The notes below the pieces were generated by a model that was not told where the DNA came from, searched no databases, and saw only the letters and a program-made list of their open reading frames with translations. A program made the position numbers and the translations under genes. From Leucoraja erinacea (Eukaryota), in assembly GCF_028641065.1 (NCBI RefSeq), contig NW_026576285.1:1-64000 (forward strand): a stretch of DNA of 64,000 bases. Reading direction: 5' to 3'. Below are positions 13,120 through 24,265 of this stretch, piece after piece. Positions within the stretch are counted from its first letter, which is position 1, and each line of letters begins with the position of its first letter.

Positions 13120-13395
13120 CTTTTCTGGTCAGGTATGTCTTTCCAATTGCATAGTATGTATGCCATAGATCCACACAGTCATGTTCTAACAAGCTCTTGA
13201 AATAACGGTTCATTTTTTCATTCTTGTCCCATTTCTCTTTGAAGGGTTCAGCTATTGGATCATGCACCGTCCACTTTAGTTTGTCCTTGTCAAAACTAAA
13301 TGCATATCTTCCGTCAAAAGCCAACTTCAATATCCCTAAATTGGGACTGTGATCGTTCACCTGACAACCAAACTGACCTTGAGTATAGTGATAAT
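13120..13395 (-). CDS. MHC class I-like gene, exon 3 (alpha2 domain)
   Basis: Acceptor ttttgtttttctttcag|, 276 nt, donor G|GTGAGT. Encodes YHYTQGQFGCQV...LAFDGRYAFSFDKDKLKW...FKEKWD...LLEHDCVDLWHTYYAIGKTYLTRK, with the C101/C164 pair, Q96, A-F-D-G, K146 and W147. Confidence 0.95.
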
Positions 13396-13549
13396 CTGAA
13401 AGAAAAACAAAATCATTATTTGATTAATTGTTATGACTGGATAATTTCTGATCTCCAGGGTCCAAGTCATTTCTATATGTCACAAGTAGCAAGGGTCACA
13501 GCACAGGTCCCTGCAGAACTCTACTTGTCACTGAACTACAGCCTGAATA

Positions 13550-14080
13550 TTTGACCTTCCGTGCAACTGTAGAGACCATATTATTGTACGGGTGCGAGGC
13601 ATGGATTCTCACTCCAGCACTGTCCAAGTCTCTCGATGGTACCTACACCCGAATGCTCAGAAAAACTCAAATTGACAGTTGGAGGCACGGCAAGGCAAGG
13701 CAAGTTTATTTGTATAGCACCTTTCAACAAGGTAATTCAAAGGGCTTTACATAAAACATTAAAACCACATCACAAACTCTATGGCGAGACTCCACCTCTG
13801 ACCGAGAAGGTCACGTTGAGAAGGATGATGTGGTTCCGCCACCTTGAAATGGCAGTAAAAAAGGTTGTGCTGTGGGAACCCACCCATGGAAGACTTGACC
13901 CAGGACGGCCAATCAAGATGATGCTTGATGGAAGACGCATGTGTATAGTAGATAAGAGGAGCTTGCCAGCTGCATGGAGGACAGAGGAGTGATGTGTCCT
14001 TCACCATGCCGGTTGTAAACCAGCACCACTGCCTCACTAATGTTTTCAACAATTATTATTATTATTATTATTATCTACTA
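13550..14080 (+). mobile_element. RTE-like LINE 3' fragment
   Basis: FRATVETILLYGCEAW...LDGTYTRMLR and LWEP..GR..PGRP, with a (TTA)n tail. Confidence 0.7.
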
Positions 14081-14479
14081 CATCCCTCCGTCCTGGGATT
14101 TATCCACCTTAATGCTCATCAAGTGACCCATCATTTCCTTCTTATTTACCTTCAAAGAGCCCCTGCATGTTCGTATTCTCCACACTGATCTTACTATTCT
14201 CCAAGGAGTAAGCCATTTAGAACGGAGACGAGGAAGCACTTTTTCTCGCAGAGAGTGGTGTCTGTGGTATTATCCGCCTCAGGAAGGGCAGTGAGGGCCA
14301 GTTCTCTGGATACTTTCAAGAGAGAGCTAGATAGGGCTTGTAAAGATAGTGGAGTCAGGGGATATGCAGAGAAGGCAGGAACGGGGTACTGATTGTGGAT
14401 GATCTGCCATGATCACATTGAATGGCGGTGCTGGCTCGAAGGGCCAAATGGCCTACTCCTGCACCTATTGTCTATTCTC

Positions 14480-15770
14480 TTGGTTAAACCGAAGGTAGAC
14501 ACAAAATGCTGCAGGACAAGCAGCATCTCTGGAGAGAAGGAATGTGCGACGTTTCTGGTCGAGACACTTTCTCAGATTGATGTCAAGGGAGAGACAAAGA
14601 TAGAATATAGGCAGAGAAAGTAAGAGTGGAGGGAGAACTGGGAAGGGGAGGGGATGGAAAGAGAAAGCAAGGGCTATCGAATGATAGAGAGGTCAATGTT
14701 CATACTGCTGGAGGGTATACTAAATTATTCATAACTATGGACTATAAACTAAACCAAGCAAAATATGAGGTGCTGTTCCTCCAATTTGCACTGGGCCTCA
14801 CTCACACAATGGAGGAAGCCCAGGACAGAAAGTTCATATTGGGAATCGGAGGGGAAGTTGAAGTGCTGAGCCACCGGGAGATCAGGTAGGTTAAGACGGA
14901 CTGAGCGGACGTGTTCAGTGAAATGATCGCCGAGCCTGCGCTTGGTCTCGCCGATGCAGAGAAGATGACAACTGGAACAGTGGATTTACTAGAATGTTGC
15001 CTGGGTTTCAGCAACTAAGTTACAGAGAAAGGTTGAACAAGTTAGGGCTTTATTCTTTGGAGCGCAGAAGGTTAAGGGGGGACTTGATAGAGGTTTTTAA
15101 AATGATGAGAGGGATAGACAGAGTTGACGTGGAAAAGCTTTTCCCACTGAGAGTAGGGAAGATTCAAACAAGGGGACATGACATGAGAATTAAGGGACTG
15201 AAGTTTAGGGGTAACATGAGGGGGAACTTCTTTACTCAGAGAGTGGTAGCGGTGTGGAATGAGCTTCCAGTGAAGGTGGTGGAGGCAGGTTCGTTTTTAT
15301 CATTTAAAAATAAATTGGATAGTTATATGGATGGGAAGGGAATGGAGGGTTATGGTCTGAGCGCAGGTATATGGGACTAGGGGAGATTATGTGTTCGGCA
15401 CGGACTAGAGGGGTCGAGATGGCCTGTTTCCGTGCTGTAATTGTTATACGGTTATATGGTTATATAGTGGATACAGTAGATGAGGTTGGGGGAGGAGCAA
15501 GTGAACCTCTGCTTCACCTGGAAAGACTTTGGGGCCTTGGATGGAGTAGAGGGGGAAGGTGAAGGGGGAGGTAAAGGGACAGGCGTTGCATCTCCTGCAG
15601 TTGCAGGGGAAAGTACCCGGGGTGGGGGTGGTTTGGGTGTGAAGGGATGAGTTGACCAGGGAGTTTTCCTTGGGAACGGTCTCTGCACAAAGCAGAAAGT
15701 GGTGAGATGGGAAGTGGCTAGTAATGGGATCCTGCTGGAGGTGGCGATAATGATGGAGGGTTATATGCTG
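14480..15770 (-). mobile_element. Penelope-like remnant, split by a CR1 insertion
   Basis: Nucleotide similarity to 42590-43330 on both sides of the CR1 insertion. Confidence 0.8.
14986..15465 (+). mobile_element. CR1 family A 3' fragment inserted in a Penelope remnant
   Basis: RT C-terminus plus tail, flanked by the direct repeat AGTGGAT (14979-14985 and 15466-15472). Confidence 0.92.
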
Positions 15771-15784
15771 TACTTACTAATAAT

Positions 15785-16375
15785 CTATCTATCTATCTAT
15801 ACATATGTACAACTCTCATCTTGTTATCTTCCGGTTTGGCGGTCTTTTTATTTGTGCAAAAATGGATTGCGATAGTGCAACGATATTTCACCAGTTCACT
15901 CACCGTTCTCCTGTGCTGCGAGTGCACCAAGTTTCGTTCCGATCGGTTGAATGCCGTAAATGTTAGCGAGGTTTCAAAATCTTTAAAAACGCGCATGCGC
16001 AGATCGATCTCATCTCCTGCCAGTCGGCGTCGCACAGATTAGTCTCTTCCCCATCACTCCCCGGAACGGTCTACCCCTTCCTGCGCCATCGCGTCTTTAC
16101 AGGAGCTGAAGGTGGCCGGCGTAGGTTTCCAACCAGTCTTTCGGAGAGATCCGACCCAGCCCAGCCCCTCCCCAAACAGCAGCCCAGCGTCGGAGACCTG
16201 ACCCAGCCCAGTCCAGCGTGGGAGACCCAGCGCGGAGTCAGAGACCCAGCCCAGTCGGAGATGTCGCCGATGTCTCCACAAGCCCTCCTGCCCACCCGCA
16301 GCCCCCCTGCCCACACGCAGCCCCCCACGCACACCCAGCCCCCCACGCACAACCCCCACCCCCCATTATCCCACA
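15785..16375 (+). mobile_element. Helitron-like 5' fragment with GACCCAGCC repeats
   Basis: Starts (tcta)n-tac...aactctcatcttg, similar to the other Helitron 5' ends. Confidence 0.45.
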
Positions 16376-17278
16376 CACATTAGGGGCAATTTATATTTAT
16401 ACAAAGCCAATTAGCCGACAAACCTGTATGTCTTTGGAGTGTGGGAGGAAACCAAGATCTCTGAGAAAACTCAAGCGGTCACGGGGAAAACTTACAAACT
16501 CCATACAGACAGCAGTCTTGTACCTTGGTCTATGGCACTGTGAGGCAGCAATATGTTTGGAGAAGTTGGAAGAATTCTGCCTGCGGCAGAAACACCACTA
16601 CAGAATGCCGACCTGATCCTATATTAACGATGGTTCCAGGTTCCTTTGATGGAATTAAGAAAGGAAAGAAACCCTGGATATATGCCCCAGGTGTGAAATA
16701 AGCTCATATTTGTTACAAGGACAATTACTTTAGTTTAGGTTAGAGATAAAGCATGAAAACAGACCCTTCAGCCCACTGTGCCCTCATCGCCCAGCAATAT
16801 CTGTACATCAGTACTATCCCACATACGATTACAATCTACAATTTTTACCGAAGCCAATTAACCTACAAACATGTGAGTCTTTGGATTGTTGGATGAAACT
16901 GGAACAATTAGAGAAAACCCTCACAGTCACGAGGTCAATGTACAAACTCCGTACCGACAACACCCGGAGTCAGGATCGAACCCAGGTCTCTGTAGCTGTG
17001 AGGCAGCAACTCTACCACTGTGCCACCATGCTACCCTGTGTCATTAGTATTGTGTGTTGAAATGTTTCCATCAGTGATTTTACTTCGGAGTCGCGTGAGT
17101 GACTACGTGAAGAACCCGCTCAGTGCGCAGGCGCGGCATTACGCCAGCAGTGCAACAGCGGCGGCAGCTGGAGTCAGGCTCTCCAGCTGCACTTTAAAAC
17201 GGACCGTCAGGTAAGTAGACGGTGCGTTGGGATAACAGAGGAGAGTCGCATTTAGTGTTTTGCAGGATTTCACAGAAC

Positions 17279-18517
17279 ATGTCTCAACGCAGAAAACTCT
17301 CGTATAGAACTGCCCGCGCTTTAACTCCACCAGAGGAGCGTTCAATTCCAGCGGGGCAGCAACCGGCGGCAGCGTCGCTCTCAGAGCGTTTCGCTATCCC
17401 CGAGACCGAGCCTGACCCAGTCACACCAGAGTCTGCACGGCGGACTGGGAAAGCGGCCAGGAAGACCAATCGGCCGGTCGAATCCGATTCGTCGGAGGGG
17501 GACATGTCTCCCCCAAAGCGGAGGAGAGACAGCCGCCTGAGCTGCATTCAGCAGCTCCTGGAGGAGATGGTCTACCGGGAACAGCAGCGCTCCCGGAGAG
17601 ACAGGACAGGTACCTCCTCCATAGTGTCGTGTCAGGCACTGCCCTTTGCTACCTCATACCAGAAGGCTAGCATTGGTGACCAGGGCAGGGCTGGTCTGGA
17701 ACAGGGGCAGGCGGACAAAATCGTGAGTATGCATGGGGTGCAGGAACAGGAACAGCTGTTGGGTGTGGTGGACCGCTTCGTAGCAACCCCACGGGCTGGA
17801 GCACCGCTGGAGCCAAAAATGGCAGCCAGTATTAACCACCTATCCAATAAACCTCTACTGGAAAAGGTGCTCGCCGAGGTGCTGGAAGAACATACAGCAC
17901 CAGAGAACTGTGAGGCCCTTAAGGGAAAAAGCCTCAACAGCCAAATCTGGGGAAATGTGGGGGCCCCTATTCGGGCACAAGAACTCAAGCTACAGCGGAT
18001 CCTAAGGCTCCTGACGTCAGCTATCACAGCCTTTGCTCGTTCTGTGGAGACAACGGAGATGAGTACACACCAGCAGGATGTCCTGGCATTAATGTGTACC
18101 ACACAATTCGAACTGAACAATCTCCGGAGGGAAAATATAAGACCTGCCCTCAATCCCAAATTTGCTGGCTTGTGCAAAGCCCCAGCTGCGGAGGCTGACT
18201 CACTGCTGTTTGGGAAAGATCTGAACAAAAAGCTGATGGACATGGAAGAGGCATCAAAAACCTTCGGCCTCATGAGGGCAGGCCACGGGACGAGCAAACC
18301 ACGACCTCCGATACCCAAGCGGCAGCACCCCACGGCATCCACCAGTCGACGTCTGGAATATGGGACTGGTGAACGCTTGGGGCCGCATTATCCCCAAAGA
18401 TCTTTTTTAGATAAGGGCCCGCCGCGGACCCCCTGGAAAATGCGCCTCCCCCCAACATCGCCAGCACGTCATCAGAACAAAGCACTCAGAAAACAGAAAA
18501 GACAAAACCGCCAATAA
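17279..18517 (+). CDS. DIRS gag-like ORF1
   Basis: Open frame of about 412 aa from the first ATG (MSQRRK...), first ORF inside the DIRS termini. Contains LNNLRRENIRPAL and LLFG-type motifs. Confidence 0.8.
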   Translation: MSQRRKLSYRTARALTPPEERSIPAGQQPAAASLSERFAIPETEPDPVTPESARRTGKAARKTNRPVESDSSEGDMSPPKRRRDSRLSCIQQLLEEMVYREQQRSRRDRTGTSSIVSCQALPFATSYQKASIGDQGRAGLEQGQADKIVSMHGVQEQEQLLGVVDRFVATPRAGAPLEPKMAASINHLSNKPLLEKVLAEVLEEHTAPENCEALKGKSLNSQIWGNVGAPIRAQELKLQRILRLLTSAITAFARSVETTEMSTHQQDVLALMCTTQFELNNLRRENIRPALNPKFAGLCKAPAAEADSLLFGKDLNKKLMDMEEASKTFGLMRAGHGTSKPRPPIPKRQHPTASTSRRLEYGTGERLGPHYPQRSFLDKGPPRTPWKMRLPPTSPARHQNKALRKQKRQNRQ

Positions 18518-18519
18518 CC

Positions 18520-19850
18520 AAGGAGGTAGGTGGGTCTGGTTCCTACCAGCATATAGAGAATAAGGGTGCCTTACTAACAGGGGGGAGATTACACTTGTTT
18601 AAAAAAGCATGGGGGATGATCACGAGTGACAAGTATATACTCAACAGCATTAGAGGATATAAAATACAGTTTATATCAGAATCAACACCGCCAGTTCAAC
18701 ATTGGCCCGAAAGGGTATTTTCTCCCTCCAAAAAAGAGCAACGGGAGGGACAAGCTGAACTGGTGAGACTTATAAATAAGGGGGTCATAGAAAAGACCAA
18801 ACATGAACCCTTGGGATTTGTATCCAATATATTTACCAAAACCAAAAAAGATGGTGGATGTCGCATCATCATTGACTTAACAAGTTTGTTAAGTATATAC
18901 ATTTCAAAATGGAAACATTTGTGACTGCTAGACAACTGATTTCAAAGGATACTACATGGCAAGCATTGATCTCAAGGATGCTTACTATCTAGTACCCATA
19001 CATAAGGATCATAGCAGATACCTAAAATTTATCTGGATGGGGCAGCTGTGGCAGTACAAAGCATTGCCTAATGGGCTCATGTCAGCCCCAAGATTGTTCA
19101 CAAAAATATTGAAGCCAGCCATGGCAATATTAAGGAAACAAAAACATATAGTCATGGCATATTTGGATGATATCCTCATAGTAGGGAAAACTATGGAATT
19201 AGCTGTGGCAGCAGTCTCAGCTACAAAACAGCTCCTTGAAACTCTGGGATTCGTCCTACATCCAGATAAATCCAAGTTAAATCCATCCTCTATTATGGAC
19301 TAGCTGGGGTTCACAATTAACTCAGTCCAAATGACTATTACCCTGCCAAGGGAAAAGATGATTGCATTAGCACAATCATGCAATTAATAGTCAACAAAAG
19401 ACCAACTATTCGACAAGTAGCAACAGTAATTGGTAAAATGGTAGCAGCATTTCCGGCTACACAATTTGGACCTTTGCATTATCAAAATTTACAAAGAGCA
19501 AAGGTGCAGGCACTAAAACAACATAAAGGTCACTATGATCGGGTCATGATGTTACCCACGGAAGCAATATCAGAGCTACAGTGATGGACACAAAATGTTT
19601 GGCATAGTTTTAGTCCTATTATCATTACTAATCCTACTTTAGTTCTTCAAACAGATGCCAGTGCTCAAGGCTGGGGAGCAACTAACTCCATATCCAGCAC
19701 AAGTGGTAGATGGACTAACTCAGAATCATCATTACTATCTACACTGGGCATTAACTATTTAGAAATGTTGGGCGCCTTTTATGGTTTAAAAGCATATGCA
19801 TCAAATATGCAGCACTTGCATGTTCGATTACAAATAGATAATACTATATT
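18520..19850 (+). pseudogene. DIRS reverse transcriptase / RNase H, disrupted
   Basis: Motifs GGRL, KKDGGCRIIIDL, SIDLKDAYY, LPNGL, YLDD and TDAS-GWG are split across frames, with stops at 19301 and 19582. A probable start ACCATGG appears as ACCAAGG 2 nt after the gag stop. Confidence 0.9.
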
Positions 19851-19856
19851 ATCCAT

Positions 19857-20426
19857 ATGGGCGGCATAAAATCTTTATCATGCGACAAATTGGTCAATAT
19901 GATTTGGCAATGTTGTGTCGAAAGACATATTTGGCTTTCAGCTACCTATCTACCAGGTAAGCTAAACACAGTGGCAGACACCAGGTCACGCAAATTCAAT
20001 GACAACATCGAATGGATGTTAAATCCTAAAGCATTTGCTAAAATTGTCAAGCAATATGGAACGCCAGATATCGATTTATTTGCATCAAGACTAAATCACC
20101 AGTTAACTATGTATGTCGCTTGGGAACCAGATCCAGAGGCAGCAGCGGTAGATGCCTTCACGCTGGATTGGGGAAAGTTCTTTTTCTATGCCTTTCCTCC
20201 CTTCTGCCTCATCAGTCGGGTACTTCGCAAAATCCAGATGGACTCGGCTTCTGGTATTTTGGTGGTACCCGACTGGCCTACACAGCCATGGTTCCCAGTA
20301 CTACATGACATGGTGGTGGAATCACCAATGGTGTTTCCCAGTCATCCAGGACTATTGGTTCACCCAGTGTCAGGCATAAGCCACCCATGCCATCAAGACA
20401 TTAAACTCCTGGGTTGCAGATTCTGA
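19857..20426 (+). CDS. DIRS RNase H C-terminus plus N6-adenine methyltransferase-like domain
   Basis: YLPGKLNTVAD, DIDLFASRLNHQL, DAFTLDW, YAFPPF and VVPDWPTQPWFP motifs, typical of the DIRS1 MT domain. Confidence 0.85.
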   Translation: MGGIKSLSCDKLVNMIWQCCVERHIWLSATYLPGKLNTVADTRSRKFNDNIEWMLNPKAFAKIVKQYGTPDIDLFASRLNHQLTMYVAWEPDPEAAAVDAFTLDWGKFFFYAFPPFCLISRVLRKIQMDSASGILVVPDWPTQPWFPVLHDMVVESPMVFPSHPGLLVHPVSGISHPCHQDIKLLGCRF

Positions 20427-21337
20427 ACAGACCCTACCTGGACCTGGGATTATCCAAACAAACCATCACCACCATGTCAGCATCCCTGCGAACATCTACC
20501 AAGAGGCAGTACTTAACCAGCATCAAAAAATGGGAGAAGTACTGCCAGGAAACAGGGACATCATATGAAACAGCCACAGTAACCAACGTATTGGAGTTCC
20601 TGGCCTATCTACACCATCATGAAGGGATCAGCTACAGTGCCATCAATACGGCACGCAGTGCTCTTTCCGCGTACCTCAAACCAGCAGGACATCAGGCCAT
20701 GGGATCCCATCCACTGGTGGTTAAACTGATGAGGGGCATTTACAACATCAAGCCCCCTAAGCCCAGGTATACCCATATTTGGGACATCAGTGTCATCCTG
20801 GCATACCTCAGGGAATGGCCGCCAGCTAGATCCCTCAGCCTCGAGCAATCAACACTGAAGACGCTCATGCTGATGGCACTGGTATCTGCTCAGAGGGTCC
20901 AGTCACTACACAAATTGAGACTGGACAACATGAAAACAACTCCAGACCAGATAACATTCATTCTACAAGGTCTGGTGAAACAAAGCAGGCCAGGAACATC
21001 CAATTCACTAGTGGTATTCCGGGCCTACCCACCAGAGCCACGATTGTGTGTGGTGGCCCATCTACTACAGTATATAGACACAACCCACAACATCAGAGGG
21101 AGTGAACAAGCCTTATGGGTCAGCCACAAAAAACCTCATGGCCGGGTAACAAGCCAAACCATCTCAAGATGGCTAAAACAGGTATTGGAAGCTGCTGGGA
21201 TAGATATTAACACCTTTAAATCTCATTCCACTAGGGCAGCCTCCACATCAACAACAGCTAGGATGGATGTACCTATTGACCCCATCCTGAATGGTCGAGG
21301 GAATCCACATTCCGAACATTCTATAATAAGCCATTGA
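20414..21337 (+). CDS. DIRS tyrosine recombinase (C-terminus frameshifted)
   Basis: SAM-like N-terminus (INTARSALS), catalytic R in SAQR, and HSTR. The frame drifts before the expected W and catalytic Y. Confidence 0.88.
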   Translation: MQILNRPYLDLGLSKQTITTMSASLRTSTKRQYLTSIKKWEKYCQETGTSYETATVTNVLEFLAYLHHHEGISYSAINTARSALSAYLKPAGHQAMGSHPLVVKLMRGIYNIKPPKPRYTHIWDISVILAYLREWPPARSLSLEQSTLKTLMLMALVSAQRVQSLHKLRLDNMKTTPDQITFILQGLVKQSRPGTSNSLVVFRAYPPEPRLCVVAHLLQYIDTTHNIRGSEQALWVSHKKPHGRVTSQTISRWLKQVLEAAGIDINTFKSHSTRAASTSTTARMDVPIDPILNGRGNPHSEHSIISH

Positions 21338-22631
21338 TGAAGCCTGATTTATTTGCAGCAAAGATATTAGAAGCTGCAAATATTTAATTTAAGCCCGGGG
21401 GAGCAATTTTATTTTTTGTTATTGTTAATAAACACCTTTTTGTTTTTCTTGAAAAACAGATTCATTGGTTAATTACGATAACACTTCCTTCCTCAAGAGC
21501 TTTCGGCAGTGAGTGAGTAAAACTGTTACACGGTTTAAAATTACAGAGCTTTGAAATCTTCACGTAGTCACTCACGTGACTCTGAAGTAAAATAGTAAGA
21601 TTAAACGAGAACTTACCAGTTTGAAGTTTGATCTGTATTTTATGAGGAGTTTACGATGAGGGATTACGTGCCCTCCGCTCCCACCCTCATTATATGGATC
21701 AAACTGATAAATTGATGTCTCTTTTTCTTTACTATGTTACTTCAAATACTTGTGTCTATCTGTGATTCCACACCGCTGCTTGGAAGTATGCCGCGCCTGC
21801 GCACTGAGCGGGTTCTTCACGTAATCCCTCATCGTAACTCCTCATAAAATACAGACCAAACTTCAAACTGGTAAGTTCTCGTTTAATCTTACTATTATAG
21901 CAACTCTCTCTAAACCTCTGTACTTTTTCAGTTGACCAAGCAGTTCCTCCTTCCACCTTATGAGGCTAAGTTATTGGATGGCTGAACTTTTTGGGGAAAC
22001 TCCTCAGTGCAAGCTTGGTTTAGTTTATTTTAGTTTAGAGATACAGTGCAGAAACAGGGCATTCGGCCCACCGAGTCCACACCAAGCAGTGATCCCCACA
22101 CATTAACACTATTTTACACGCACTAGGCACGATTTACATTTATACCGAGCCAATTAACCTACAAACCTGTACGTCTTTGGAGTGTGGATGGAAACCGAAG
22201 ATAATGGAGAAAACCCACACAGGTCACGGTGAGAACGTACAAACTCTGTACAGACACCACTCGTAGTCAGGATCAAACCCGCGTCTCTGACGCTGCAAGT
22301 GCTGTAAGGCAGCAACTCTACCACCGTGCCACATGATTTATTGGCTTTGCTGATAATTATGATCATTTTTTATCTTATATTGTGTTCTCTTTGCTTATTG
22401 CATATAAACAAATATAAAGCTGCAAAGGTTGGATCCTTTCGAGACCCGAGCTGACCCTTCTTTCACCACAAAAGTGCTTCCTATGGTTAGAGAAATAGAT
22501 ATAAGGCTCACCCCTCATGGCCATTGAAGGCTTTCTCTAAACTATGGAGACCATGAAGCTGTTCCCTGCCAAGTTTAATTTTACTAGTGGCCATGACCCG
22601 AGTGTACTCGGGGGTGGCATTGAACAGGTTA

Positions 22632-23960
22632 AACATAGAAACATAGAAAATAGGTGCAGGAGTAGGCAATTCGGCCCTTCGAGCCTGATCAGCCATTCAA
22701 TATGATCATGGCTGATCATCCAACTCAGTATCCTGTACCTGCCTTCTCTCCATACCCCCTGATCCCTTTAGCCACAAGGACCACATCTAACTCCCTCTTA
22801 AATATAGTCAATGAACTGGCCTCAACTACCTTCTGCGGGAGAGAATTCCAGAGATTCACCACTGTGTGAAAAATGTTTTCCTCATCTCGGTCCTAAAAGA
22901 TTTCCCCCTTATCCTTAAACTGTGACCCCTTGTTCTGGACTTTCCCAACATTGGGAACAATCTTCCTGCATCTAGCCTGTCCAACCGCTTAAGAATTTTG
23001 TAAGTTTCTATAAGATCCCCCCTCAATCTTCTAAATTCTAGCGAGTACAAACCGAGTCTATCCAGTCTTTCTTCATATGAAAGTCCTGACATCCCAGGAA
23101 TCAGTCCGGTGAACCTTCTCTGTACTCCCTCTATGGCAAGAATGTCTTTCCTCAGATTAGGAGACCAAAACTGTACGCAATACTCCAAGTGTGGTCTCAC
23201 CAAGACCCTGTACAACTGCAGTAGAACCTCCCTGCTCCTATACTCAAATCCTTTTGCTATTAATGCTAACATACCATTCGCTTTCTTCACTGCCTGCTGC
23301 ACCTGCATGCCTACTTTTAATGACTGGTGTACCATGACACCCAGGTCTCGTTGCATGTCCCCCTTTCCTAATCGGCCACCATTCAGATAATAATCTACTT
23401 TCCTGTTTTTGCCACAAAAGTGGATAACCTCACATTTATCCACATTATACTGCATCTGCCATGCATTTGCCCTCTCACCCAGCCTATCCAAGTCACCTTG
23501 CAGCCTCCTAGCATCCTCCTCACAGCTAACACTGCCCCCCAGCTTAGTGTCATCCGCAAACTTGGAGATTTTGCATTCAATTCCCTCATCCAAATCATTA
23601 ATATATATCGTAAATAGCTGAGGTCCCAGAATAGAGCCTTGCGGTACCCCCACTAGTCACTGCCTGCCATTGTGAAAAGGACCCGTTTACTCCTACTCTT
23701 TGCTTCCGGTCTGCCAGCCAGTTCTCTATCCACATCAATACTGAACCCCCAATGCCGTGTGCTTTAAGTTTGTATACTAATCTCTTTTGTGTGACCTTGT
23801 CGAAAGCCTTCTGGAAGTCCAGATATAACACATCCACTGGTTCTCCCTTATCCACTCTACTAGTTACATCCTCGAAAAATTCTATAAGATTCGTCAAGCA
23901 TGATTTACCTTTCATAAATCCATGCTGACTTTGTCCAATGATTTCACCACTTTCCAAATG
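22632..23960 (-). mobile_element. CR1 family B 3' fragment
   Basis: RT ORFs at 23598-23957 and 22856-23653, with the family B tail. Confidence 0.93.
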
Positions 23961-24265
23961 TTTAAGATGTTAAAGATATCCAGTGATGTGTGACTGCTCT
24001 ACCTTTCCTTGGTATTCTTAGGTGATTCATTCCCTCTGGCATAAAAAAGCTTATGCCAACCAGTAGCAATAAGGAAGGGACAAAACTTGGATGATGTTTT
24101 AACTAACCATATAACCATATAACAATTACAGCACGGAAACAGGCCATCTCGGCCCTACAAGTCCATGCCGAACAAATTTTTTTCCCCTTAGTCCCACCTG
24201 CCTGCACTCGTACCATAACCCTCCATTCCCTTCTCATCCATATGCCTATCCAATTTATTTTTAAA

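Larger units (their letters stand above)
17077..21896 (+). mobile_element. Full-length DIRS1-type tyrosine-recombinase retrotransposon (defective)
   Basis: Inverted terminal repeats at 17103-17138 and 21788-21823. An internal complementary region at 21557-21670 is complementary to both termini. ATT occurs at both ends. ORF order is gag, RT/RNase H, methyltransferase, YR. Confidence 0.95.

Noticed and set aside
17632-18342. 236-aa ORF antisense to DIRS gag
   Set aside because: No recognisable motifs, and antisense ORFs are expected opposite GC-rich coding DNA.
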